Of a stretch of 44,509 nt of DNA, positions 26,957 through 34,209 are shown in pieces; position 1 is the stretch's first letter; every line of letters starts with the position of its first letter. The notes under the pieces were generated by a model that saw only the letters and a list, made by a program, of their open reading frames with translations, ran no database searches and had not been told where the DNA came from. Origin of the DNA: a phage; sequence record PZ049723.1. The stretch is one strand, 5' to 3'. Both the position numbers and the translations under genes were made by a program.

Positions 26957-27015
26957 TTCTACCCTCCTGTTGGTGTGCAACCAATGTAGCAAGGTGCCGG
27001 GTTGGATGCAACCAA
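26957..27015 (-). promoter_or_regulatory. Promoter-like sequence with two TTGGTTGCA motifs and conserved leader
   Basis: On minus strand TTGGTTGCAT, 17-bp spacer, TACATT, then GGTTGCACACCAACA and GGAGGG RBS; the last 15-mer is shared exactly with 16066-16080. Confidence 0.45.
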
Positions 27016-27165
27016 TATTAATCACGCGCATGAAAAAGTTGATCGCTATCTGCTGTAGCTGCAAACTGCATTTTTCACCCACCATTCTACATATCGCATT
27101 GGTTGCCTAGTTCACCCACGACCGCGATTCGCATCCTGCTGCCGTGTATTTTGCAATCCCGGATT

Positions 27166-27351
27166 TTATTCAGTCTCAGACGAGGGGGGCCGTTGACCCC
27201 CGTCTAGTCTGAAAGACTGGGGTGCTGTCCCGCTGTCCCGCTCCTCGCCAGGCCGCGCCATCCGGGGCGGGACGGGGGTGCTGTCCCGCTTTGTCCCGCC
27301 CCTTGGCTGTCCCGCTTTTTGTCCCGCTTAGTTTATGCAATAAAACTGCAT
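27166..27351. repeat. Composite non-coding element, copy B
   Basis: 27166-27220 stem-loop identical to 10160-10214 except the loop (gccgTTga vs gccgCCga); 27275-27351 near-identical to 10269-10345; GTCCCGC arrays and TATGCA-N7-TGCATA palindrome. Confidence 0.7.
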
Positions 27352-27433
27352 AACTATTCACTATATTTACACTACACGGCAACCAATGCGACCAGCTAAA
27401 AACACTCGAAATGGCAACCAATGCGACCAGAAT

Positions 27434-27664
27434 TTAATCTTTTAAATCATCATCGGTCGCAGAAAGCGTGATGGGTATACTCGTTTTAATGACAATATTC
27501 GACGACCCGTAGATGGCCCCGGTGTGCGGATCGGTATAAAAACCGAGCACGCCGCGCTCGACCATATCGTCGATTGCCTTCGTCGATGTGCCACCTTTCG
27601 CCAGCCCAGCCTGGCGGACAATTGCCGATTTACTGAATCCGGTATGGTCCGGGTTATCTTCCAT
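27434..27664 (-). CDS. Small HTH DNA-binding protein (putative regulator)
   Basis: ATG at 27664 overlaps the helicase stop (ATGA); 76 aa; helix-turn-helix-like SKSAIVRQAGLAKGGTSTKAIDDMVERG; a longer in-frame start at 27691 is possible. Confidence 0.5.
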   Translation of the reverse strand: MEDNPDHTGFSKSAIVRQAGLAKGGTSTKAIDDMVERGVLGFYTDPHTGAIYGSSNIVIKTSIPITLSATDDDLKD

Positions 27665-29040
27665 CAGTTTTTCCAGTGCCGCATAAAGCACTTTCTCTTT
27701 TCGTTGCGCGGTCCCGCGGCGTTCTCTTCCTTAACTGCTGCCTTGCCCGCGGCCTTCGCCTGTTCGATGGCGAACGGTGCCAGGGCGACCGGTACGAGGT
27801 ACAGAGTCTCGTCGCGAGGCGTGGAGGCAATCGGCTTGACGTCCCAACCGGCGACCACATCACCGAAGTCCGGCCCGGTGCTGGTGGACTGGTGGGCTTC
27901 GAACGCCTCGGACTTGCGGAGATCCACCTTAACCTTGCACTTGAGCAGGACGAAGCCGCGCGGCGCTTGCTTGATGCCGTTACGTGCCTTTTCGTGATAC
28001 AGGTTAAGTTGTCCCGGCTGGTTGTCGTCCGGCTGTTCCAGGAAGAACGCGGAATCAACAGCACCATGAAGCGCGCCGGACCCGCGTGGCGTTCTGCTGC
28101 CGTTTGCACCTTTAGCAGGGTGGTGGATGACGCCCGCACTGCCGCCTGTATTTTCCGCAATGGCCTTCAGCGCCTTGACCACTTCGCCCATATCGCTGGC
28201 GTTGTTCTCGTCGAACGGTTTAGCATCGGCGGACCGCAGCGCAACAGTCTGGTTGAGTGAGTCGAATGCCACCAGGCCAACCGGTTCGCCGTTAGCGGTG
28301 CGGTTGATAAAGCTGATAACTTCGCGCAAGCCCGATTTGCTGGTGATATCCCAGCCGCGTGACTGCAGATCGATAATGTGCAGCTTGTCCAGGTCGTGCT
28401 CGTATTTAATCTGCAATGCCTCCTTACGCTGGTTGGAGGCTTCGCCACCTTCCGCGTCGAAATAGAAGCAATGAGACTGGACGACCTTCGCACCGCCAAA
28501 CGGAATACCCGCGGCAACCGCACCCATCTGCCCCAGCACGTAGAACGATTTACCGATGTTCGATTCGCCAGCCATATACCAGGTCGATTTGAAGTTAATC
28601 AACCCCTCGATGATCGGGTCGTGCTTACTGAACAGCGCAACCGGCTCGTTGTCCAGGTCTGCATCGGTGCACACGCCGTATTCTTCGCCGTCGCCAACTG
28701 CATCAACGATATGTTCATAGCAGGATTCCACTTCCTCGTCGTCCAGTCCTGGAAGGATGGCGGCGATTTGCTTGCGGGACATATTGTGTGGCTCGACGTT
28801 CAGGTGGTCCGGGATCCCGATAAGACGCAGCGCCAGGTGCTGGTGTCTGTTCAGTTCCGAGCAACACTCGTTGCCGGTGTGCATACACTTGAAACGGATC
28901 TCGCCATCCTTGACCATGATAGCCGTCGACCCTTCGCCGCTGTGCAGATGTTCGTTCGGGCACGGCACTTCATAACCCCGACCGGACGACAGCGGTTCGA
29001 ATCCGGCCTGGAAGCACCAATCCAGAATGCCGTCAGCCAC
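27664..29040 (-). CDS. Replicative helicase with N-terminal Zn finger (RecA-fold, RepA/DnaB-like)
   Basis: Walker A GESNIGKS and Walker B-like LVAFDSL; N-terminal Cys/His cluster (CPNEH ... CMHTGNECC); ORF opens immediately after an in-frame TAA and has only a GTG start. Confidence 0.65.
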   Translation of the reverse strand: MADGILDWCFQAGFEPLSSGRGYEVPCPNEHLHSGEGSTAIMVKDGEIRFKCMHTGNECCSELNRHQHLALRLIGIPDHLNVEPHNMSRKQIAAILPGLDDEEVESCYEHIVDAVGDGEEYGVCTDADLDNEPVALFSKHDPIIEGLINFKSTWYMAGESNIGKSFYVLGQMGAVAAGIPFGGAKVVQSHCFYFDAEGGEASNQRKEALQIKYEHDLDKLHIIDLQSRGWDITSKSGLREVISFINRTANGEPVGLVAFDSLNQTVALRSADAKPFDENNASDMGEVVKALKAIAENTGGSAGVIHHPAKGANGSRTPRGSGALHGAVDSAFFLEQPDDNQPGQLNLYHEKARNGIKQAPRGFVLLKCKVKVDLRKSEAFEAHQSTSTGPDFGDVVAGWDVKPIASTPRDETLYLVPVALAPFAIEQAKAAGKAAVKEENAAGPRNEKRKCFMRHWKN

Positions 29041-29696
29041 CCCATCATCGCCCTGGGTAAGCTCGCGGCGTACTTCCTCTTCTCCACCCCCAGCTTATCC
29101 GCCAGGCGGAGCAGACGACGGACGCTGGCGCGTTTGCCGTAGTGGCACTTAACGACAGACTGCTGATGTGGCAGGTACATAAGGCGGTTTGTGTCTTTAG
29201 TACAATCGTCGAAGTCCACATCTGACAGACCCAGTTGGTGTAATAGTGCATACTGGACGCGGCCCAGGTCTTCAGCCGGTACAGGCTTGTCCGTGAGCAC
29301 CAGGAAACGGGCGCAACGCGTGCCGCCTTTCAGCGGGTGGCGGTCGCCGGTTGTGGTGTGAAATACGTGCTCCAGTCCCGCGTCGATGAACGCCTTACGG
29401 CAGCGGCGTAGGGTGCGGGTGTCGGTACGGTCGATATCGAAGAACATGATCGAGCGGTCCACCGCACTGGTCTTACGACGCAATCCGTCACGGGTATACG
29501 CCACGATGCCATCGGCCTTACGCTTGCGGCGCGCATACTCGGCTTTATCTTCCGTCTTGTTGATATGCACCGAGGAGATTTCTTTCGCATCATTGATAAA
29601 GGCGAAAAACTCTTCGGTAGTCATCTGGAAGTTTTCCGCCCTGGCTTTTTCGCCTTTTTTAGCGGGTCGTGTTACAGCGAATTTAATTAAGCTCAT
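28851..29696 (-). CDS. Primase-like replication protein, N-terminal part; 3' end overlaps helicase out of frame
   Basis: ATG at 29696; DxD-like FFDIDRTD and HTTTGDRHP motifs; last ~60 codons are Arg/Ser/Cys-rich and read as the wrong frame of the helicase N-terminus; G5 run at 29087-29091. Confidence 0.4.
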   Translation of the reverse strand: MSLIKFAVTRPAKKGEKARAENFQMTTEEFFAFINDAKEISSVHINKTEDKAEYARRKRKADGIVAYTRDGLRRKTSAVDRSIMFFDIDRTDTRTLRRCRKAFIDAGLEHVFHTTTGDRHPLKGGTRCARFLVLTDKPVPAEDLGRVQYALLHQLGLSDVDFDDCTKDTNRLMYLPHQQSVVKCHYGKRASVRRLLRLADKLGVEKRKYAASLPRAMMGWLTAFWIGASRPDSNRCRPVGVMKCRARTNICTAAKGRRLSWSRMARSVSSVCTPATSVARN

Positions 29697-29706
29697 TGCC
29701 GTGGCC

Positions 29707-30036
29707 TTACTTAGAAGTTTTATTATTGCGTACCCAAGAGCGCACTGTGCTCTGATTAATTCCGGTCAACTCGGCAATCATCGCCCAGGATTTGCCCTCG
29801 GCGCGCAAACGGATAACCTGCTTTTTGTATTCTTCCATTTCTTCATTGTGTTTTTGCAGCTTGCTTGCTGCCGTACCGTTGAGTAATTCCAGCCGGGCGC
29901 GCAATTCTTTTTCGACACTGCGCAGGCGCTCGATTTCAAATAACACCGCACCCACGGCATCGGTATAAGCCCATGACCGGCTTGTCTCACTGCAAACAGT
30001 CTTCGTTAACATTTCGATTGCGTCGTTTACATTCAT
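29707..30036 (-). CDS. HTH transcriptional regulator (LuxR/sigma region-4-like C-terminal HTH)
   Basis: 109 aa; C-terminal SWAMIAELTGINQSTVRSWV; first gene of the leftward operon from the divergent promoter region. Confidence 0.6.
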   Translation of the reverse strand: MNVNDAIEMLTKTVCSETSRSWAYTDAVGAVLFEIERLRSVEKELRARLELLNGTAASKLQKHNEEMEEYKKQVIRLRAEGKSWAMIAELTGINQSTVRSWVRNNKTSK

Positions 30037-30067
30037 TGTTCTGCCCTCAGTTGGTTAATGACCAACG

Positions 30068-30096
30068 AAACTACACCTAAAACCGCAAGGTGTCAA
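30068..30096 (-). promoter_or_regulatory. Leftward early promoter
   Basis: Minus strand TTGACA (30096-30091), 17-bp spacer, TAGTTT (30073-30068); about 30 nt upstream of the regulator gene RBS. Confidence 0.45.
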
Positions 30097-30166
30097 ATCC
30101 TTTGGATATTGAAACGGGCGCGCACGCGTGTAATAATAATTCCCGTCTCATTGTCTCTTATTGGTT

Positions 30167-30201
30167 AGCGCCGTCGCATTTTGCCTCGGCGCTTTTTTTT
30201 T
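30167..30201 (+). terminator. Rho-independent terminator in divergent promoter region
   Basis: agcgccg / cggcgct 7-bp stem with 13-nt loop followed by nine T residues. Confidence 0.6.
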
Positions 30202-30211
30202 AAATTAGTTG

Positions 30212-30241
30212 TTGACACCCATCCTGCAACCAATCTATTAT
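30212..30241 (+). promoter_or_regulatory. Rightward early promoter (strong sigma70 consensus)
   Basis: TTGACA (30212-30217), 18-bp spacer containing TGCAACCAA (30225-30233), TATTAT (30236-30241). Confidence 0.6.
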
Positions 30242-30437
30242 TCTCCCCGTCGACAGGATGCAGGACGCAAACTGGAGAGGGGCAACGCAGGGGCCGGATC
30301 GAAGTGTCAGGATTCCCAACCGTGATTATATAACCAGGTCCACTACCCGAAGGGGAGAACGCGTAACCTGGCAATATGTTAAGGCCACCGACGAAGTTAA
30401 CTGCCGACACCTAAACTTAACCAATCGGAGATATACC

Positions 30438-30950
30438 ATGTTTGAGCAAATCGTAAACCTGATCACTCGCGGCGTAGTAGCACTGGAAACCATCGCTAAA
30501 CATTATGAAACCGTTGGCGCTGCCGTTGGTAAGCAGGAGGACAAGAAGCCGTCTAAGGCCAAAAAAGAAGTTGTCGAAGATGACGACGATGACGCCGAAG
30601 ACGAAAAACCGGCTAAATCTAAAAAAGCCCCGGCGAAAGGCAAGGCCAAAAAAGAAGTCGTAGAAGACGACGACGATGCCGAAGACGAAAAACCGGCTAA
30701 GGCTAAGAAAGCACCGGCGAAAGGCAAAGGTAAGAAAGATGCCGATCCGCTGGCAGAGATGCGCGACGAGATCAAACAATATGCCGCGATTATCGCTGGC
30801 GGTGATGACGACGACGCGAACGACGAATTCGACGACCTGCTGGAGTCGTTCGAGATCAAATCAATCGCCAAGCTGGAAGATGACGACGTCGAAGACTTCC
30901 ACACAGAGCTAAAAGAAATCGTCGAAACCTATTTCGAATTGGAAGATTAA
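30438..30950 (+). CDS. Highly acidic tandem-repeat protein; first early gene (DNA-mimic / anti-restriction candidate)
   Basis: ATG at 30438 with GGAG RBS; 170 aa; two copies of KKEVVEDDDDxAEDEKPAKxKKAPAKGK and acidic C-terminus; followed by terminator. Confidence 0.65.
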   Translation: MFEQIVNLITRGVVALETIAKHYETVGAAVGKQEDKKPSKAKKEVVEDDDDDAEDEKPAKSKKAPAKGKAKKEVVEDDDDAEDEKPAKAKKAPAKGKGKKDADPLAEMRDEIKQYAAIIAGGDDDDANDEFDDLLESFEIKSIAKLEDDDVEDFHTELKEIVETYFELED

Positions 30951-30956
30951 TATATT

Positions 30957-30986
30957 CCGGCCCGCTAATCTGCGGGCCTCTTTTTA
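30957..30986 (+). terminator. Rho-independent terminator after first early gene
   Basis: ggcccgc-taatct-gcgggcc stem followed by TCTTTTT. Confidence 0.6.
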
Positions 30987-30998
30987 GAGGACGAGACA

Positions 30999-31250
30999 AT
31001 GGCACGATTCACGCTAATCGAGGCGGTGGACTCCCGCGACCAGCGCCCATATTATTGGCTATTCGAACGCATCGGCAATTTTCAGTCACGCGTTGCCGTA
31101 ATAGACAAGCGCCGCAATACCCCCGCGCAAATTAAGCGCACCACCTTTATTAATCCCGACTTTTATATTTGGGCGGATTCCAATCTGGAATTTGTTCGCT
31201 TCGCAGTTGCATCAGAAGCAAAAACAATCGACCGCTGGGAGACAAAATAA
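30999..31250 (+). CDS. Hypothetical protein
   Basis: 83-aa ORF, ATG at 30999 with AGAGG RBS. Confidence 0.5.
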   Translation: MARFTLIEAVDSRDQRPYYWLFERIGNFQSRVAVIDKRRNTPAQIKRTTFINPDFYIWADSNLEFVRFAVASEAKTIDRWETK

Positions 31251-31439
31251 ATGGCTATATTCTTTGTTTTATTTCGTTGCCGTATTACCGGCGACGAGCA
31301 ACCGGAAATTGTTATGAATCAAAACTGGAATTGCTGCTGGATGCAAGCCCGAGGACTGGCGGCTACCATGAACAATGCCGCTAAGCGGGCCAATGTTGAA
31401 CACGATTATTACATTGCTCAATTTTCAAGGGTGGAATAA
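31251..31439 (+). CDS. Hypothetical small protein
   Basis: 62-aa ORF tightly packed between neighbours; weak RBS. Confidence 0.3.
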   Translation: MAIFFVLFRCRITGDEQPEIVMNQNWNCCWMQARGLAATMNNAAKRANVEHDYYIAQFSRVE

Positions 31440-32869
31440 TGGCGATTAAACCAAAACGTAAAACGCAATCCGGTAGCAATACGGAACACTCATTACTCGG
31501 CCCATCCGGTGCTAAAAAATGGATGGGTTGCCCCGCCGCCCTGGTGGTGGAAAAAGATATACCGAACGAATCCGGGCAAGCGGCGATTAACGGTACGAGT
31601 ATGCACACCGTATCTGAAGTCGTGCTCAACCGCATCATTGCCGGTGAGAAGCTGATAACCGCTAAGACGTACAAAGGGTGCTACGTCGAGAACGAAGGTA
31701 AGGGGCCGGTAAAGGCACACCCTAAAGCACCGAAAGGCGGCGTACTGGTCAACGACGACATGGTGAAACAGTGCGACGCGTACATCGACCACTGGCGACC
31801 GCTCCTCGAAGTGGCGGAGTTTGTCCAGCTTGAGATGCGCGCCGATCTGACCCGCGTCCTTCACTCAGGCTACGAGATCGACGGCAACAGGATTAAAACG
31901 TTCGGTACTGCCGATATGGTCATGGTCATGAAAAAGACCGATGGGACGTACATGCTGATTGTTGGCGACCTGAAGACCGGGCGGCATAAGGTCGAGGCGA
32001 AAGAGAACAAACAGCTTATGTTGTATGCGCTGGGCCTGCTGCGCAAGCTGAAAACCATGTACGACATTACGACCGTGCGCCTGGTTATCTTCCAGCCGTA
32101 TTGCGGCGGGGCGTCGGAGTGGGATATTTCGGTAGAAGCCCTGGAGATATTCGCGAAGTTTGCATCCAAGCGCGCTATTGCCGCACTGGAGGCGTACGCC
32201 CGCGGCAAGAAGGGACTAACCCGAGCAGACTTCCGGCCCAGCGTTGATGCGTGCCAGTGGTGTCGATTTGCAGACCAGTGCAGCGTCCGGGCGAAGGCTG
32301 CAATCGACACTATGACACCACCAACGGCAACCGACGAAGACCTGGGCGACGACGTGAGCGTGGCAACCGAGGAAGAGTGCGCCATCCACGACCGCAATAT
32401 GGCCCGCGAAGCCCGGAAGGCTGCCAGACGTGCTAAACGGGGCAAGAAGGAATCCACCCCCGGCGCTATGAGCGCGGCGGAACTGCGCAAGGCTTATGAA
32501 GGTCTTGACGCGATGCGCCAGCACATCAAGGCTATCGAGTCCGCGGTATTCAAGGCGGTCATGGCGGGCGATGGCGAATCGTTGGGCCTTAAGATGGTTG
32601 CCGGTAAGGAAGGGATCCGTAAGTGGGCAGACGAGAGCGAAGTGATTGAAATCTTCACGAAGGCCCGGATCAAGCGCGATGTGATGTACAAAGAAACATT
32701 ACTCAGCCCTACTGATGCCGAGAAGGTATTGAAGGACGAGAAGCCGAAAGTGTGGGCGAAATTGTGTGATAAAATCACGCGCGCACCGGCTAAACCGGTA
32801 TTAGCCCCTATAGACGACCCGCGCCCAGCGTGGTCCGAAGCTACAGACGAGGATTTAAATAATGAATAA
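31439..32869 (+). CDS. PD-(D/E)XK / Cas4-like nuclease (DUF2800-like)
   Basis: 476 aa; N-terminal GPSGAKKWMGCPA and C-terminal Cys cluster (C..CQWCRFADQC) as in RecB/Cas4-family nucleases; lies upstream of SSB-like and polymerase genes. Confidence 0.6.
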   Translation: MAIKPKRKTQSGSNTEHSLLGPSGAKKWMGCPAALVVEKDIPNESGQAAINGTSMHTVSEVVLNRIIAGEKLITAKTYKGCYVENEGKGPVKAHPKAPKGGVLVNDDMVKQCDAYIDHWRPLLEVAEFVQLEMRADLTRVLHSGYEIDGNRIKTFGTADMVMVMKKTDGTYMLIVGDLKTGRHKVEAKENKQLMLYALGLLRKLKTMYDITTVRLVIFQPYCGGASEWDISVEALEIFAKFASKRAIAALEAYARGKKGLTRADFRPSVDACQWCRFADQCSVRAKAAIDTMTPPTATDEDLGDDVSVATEEECAIHDRNMAREARKAARRAKRGKKESTPGAMSAAELRKAYEGLDAMRQHIKAIESAVFKAVMAGDGESLGLKMVAGKEGIRKWADESEVIEIFTKARIKRDVMYKETLLSPTDAEKVLKDEKPKVWAKLCDKITRAPAKPVLAPIDDPRPAWSEATDEDLNNE

Positions 32870-33104
32870 AGTATTCGCAATCTTATTGATGTTTTTGCTC
32901 GGCGCGCTGGGCTTTATCCTGCATTGCGTGCAAGGCGTGTTAATGGTGGCCTGGATGATTCGCCATCCAACCCAATGGCTGGATGATGGATACAGCACCA
33001 TTGCCGTGGCGTGGATCGCGAGACATGGCGACCGACCGCCGCTAAGCTGGATCGAGAACGCCACCAACTACGTTACCCGAAATCTTTTTAATGAAAATGC
33101 TTGA
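32862..33104 (+). CDS. Small membrane protein
   Basis: 80 aa with two hydrophobic helices; ATG overlaps the upstream stop. Confidence 0.45.
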   Translation: MNKVFAILLMFLLGALGFILHCVQGVLMVAWMIRHPTQWLDDGYSTIAVAWIARHGDRPPLSWIENATNYVTRNLFNENA

Positions 33105-33129
33105 CCGCTTAGGCGCAACCAAGTAGATT
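33101..33129 (+). promoter_or_regulatory. Promoter-like sequence upstream of SSB-like gene
   Basis: TTGACC (33101-33106), 17-bp spacer containing GCAACCAAG (33115-33123), TAGATT (33124-33129); second GCAACCAAG at 33131-33139. Confidence 0.4.
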
Positions 33130-33194
33130 AGCAACCAAGCCGAACGGGGTGGCTTCCAATAGCCCCGATACATGTGAAAATGAGGAATTGGAAA

Positions 33195-33980
33195 ATGGCT
33201 AAAGTCAACCTGAAAAATGTGCGTGTATGTTTCCTGAAAATTTGGGAACGTGATACCCCTAAACAGGATGGACAAAAACCAGCATACCGTGCCGTGATTC
33301 TTCTTGATAAAGAAGATCCGCAGGTGGACAAAGTGGAAGCGGCAGCGCGCGCAGTGCTCACCGACAAGCTGAAATCTGAGAAGAATGCCGATAAGTGGAT
33401 GGACCGCCACTACGCCCAGGATTCTAAGGAATGCGCAGTTCGTGACGGTGACGAGCGCGACGAAGTAACCGAAGAATTCGAAGGCATGTTGTACATCAAC
33501 GCTAAATCGTTCAAACAGCCAAACATTCAAACGTCACTCGGCGAGAAGCAGACCGAACAGGGTCTGACCGTAGAAGGCGACGAGATTGAAGGCCAGGAGA
33601 TCTACTCCGGTTGTTATTGCAACGTGTCCCTTGATATCTGGGCGTGGAACAATACCAACGGCAAGGGGCTCGGTGCTGGCTTGCTGGGTCTGCGATTCCG
33701 TGAAGACGGCGAAGCCTTCGGAGGTGGCGGGTCTTCATGTTCCGACGAAGACCTGGACAACGACGACGAAGACGAAAGCCCGCGTAAGTCCAAAAAGTCA
33801 AAACGTCGTGATGACGATGATGAAGATGACAAGCCGCGCAAGTCCAAGAAATCCAAGCGCCGCGATGACGACGACGATGAGGAAGATGAAAAACCTCGCA
33901 AACGCCGCAAGTCCCGCGATGACGAAGATGAGGACGAAGACGACGAAGACGAAGCACCACGTAAACGTCGCCGCCGTTAA
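33195..33980 (+). CDS. ssDNA-binding protein (DUF2815-like) with unusual alternating basic/acidic repeat tail
   Basis: ATG at 33195 with GAGGA RBS; 261 aa; C-terminal ~80 aa are repeats of PRKSKKSKRRDDDDE-type units ending in RKRRRR. Confidence 0.55.
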   Translation: MAKVNLKNVRVCFLKIWERDTPKQDGQKPAYRAVILLDKEDPQVDKVEAAARAVLTDKLKSEKNADKWMDRHYAQDSKECAVRDGDERDEVTEEFEGMLYINAKSFKQPNIQTSLGEKQTEQGLTVEGDEIEGQEIYSGCYCNVSLDIWAWNNTNGKGLGAGLLGLRFREDGEAFGGGGSSCSDEDLDNDDEDESPRKSKKSKRRDDDDEDDKPRKSKKSKRRDDDDDEEDEKPRKRRKSRDDEDEDEDDEDEAPRKRRRR

Positions 33981-33999
33981 GGGCAAAGCCCACTATTCA

Positions 34000-34023
34000 A
34001 GCCCGCTTAATGCGGGCTTTTTA
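34000..34023 (+). terminator. Rho-independent terminator after SSB-like gene
   Basis: agcccgc-ttaat-gcgggct stem followed by TTTTTAAT. Confidence 0.6.
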
Positions 34024-34038
34024 ATAGGACAACGAAAA

Positions 34039-34209
34039 ATGCGTATTAAAGCCAGCGAAGTAAAAGTCGGAATGCAAGTATGGTCCAAGCTACTGGGGGA
34101 ATATTTCACGGTTGCCGAGATTCGCAACAACGGCGAAGAGATCGCCCTGTCAGACGGCATCTTCTCCATGATCGGCAGCGCTGACGCCGTAGTGAGGATT
34201 AAGCAATGA
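34039..34209 (+). CDS. Hypothetical small protein (56 aa)
   Basis: ATG at 34039; stop overlaps the polymerase start (ATGA). Confidence 0.35.
   Translation: MRIKASEVKVGMQVWSKLLGEYFTVAEIRNNGEEIALSDGIFSMIGSADAVVRIKQ

Noticed and set aside
27030-27110. Plus-strand 26-codon ORF (MKKLIAICCSCKLHF...) next to copy B
   Set aside because: No RBS, lies within the upstream region of a minus-strand promoter, ends in the TTGGTTGCC motif; more likely regulatory DNA.
30417-30904. Minus-strand ORFs antisense to the acidic repeat gene, and 33614-33986 antisense to the SSB-like tail
   Set aside because: Generated by the repetitive GA/AG-rich coding repeats on the other strand; homopolymeric Ser or Phe-rich translations.
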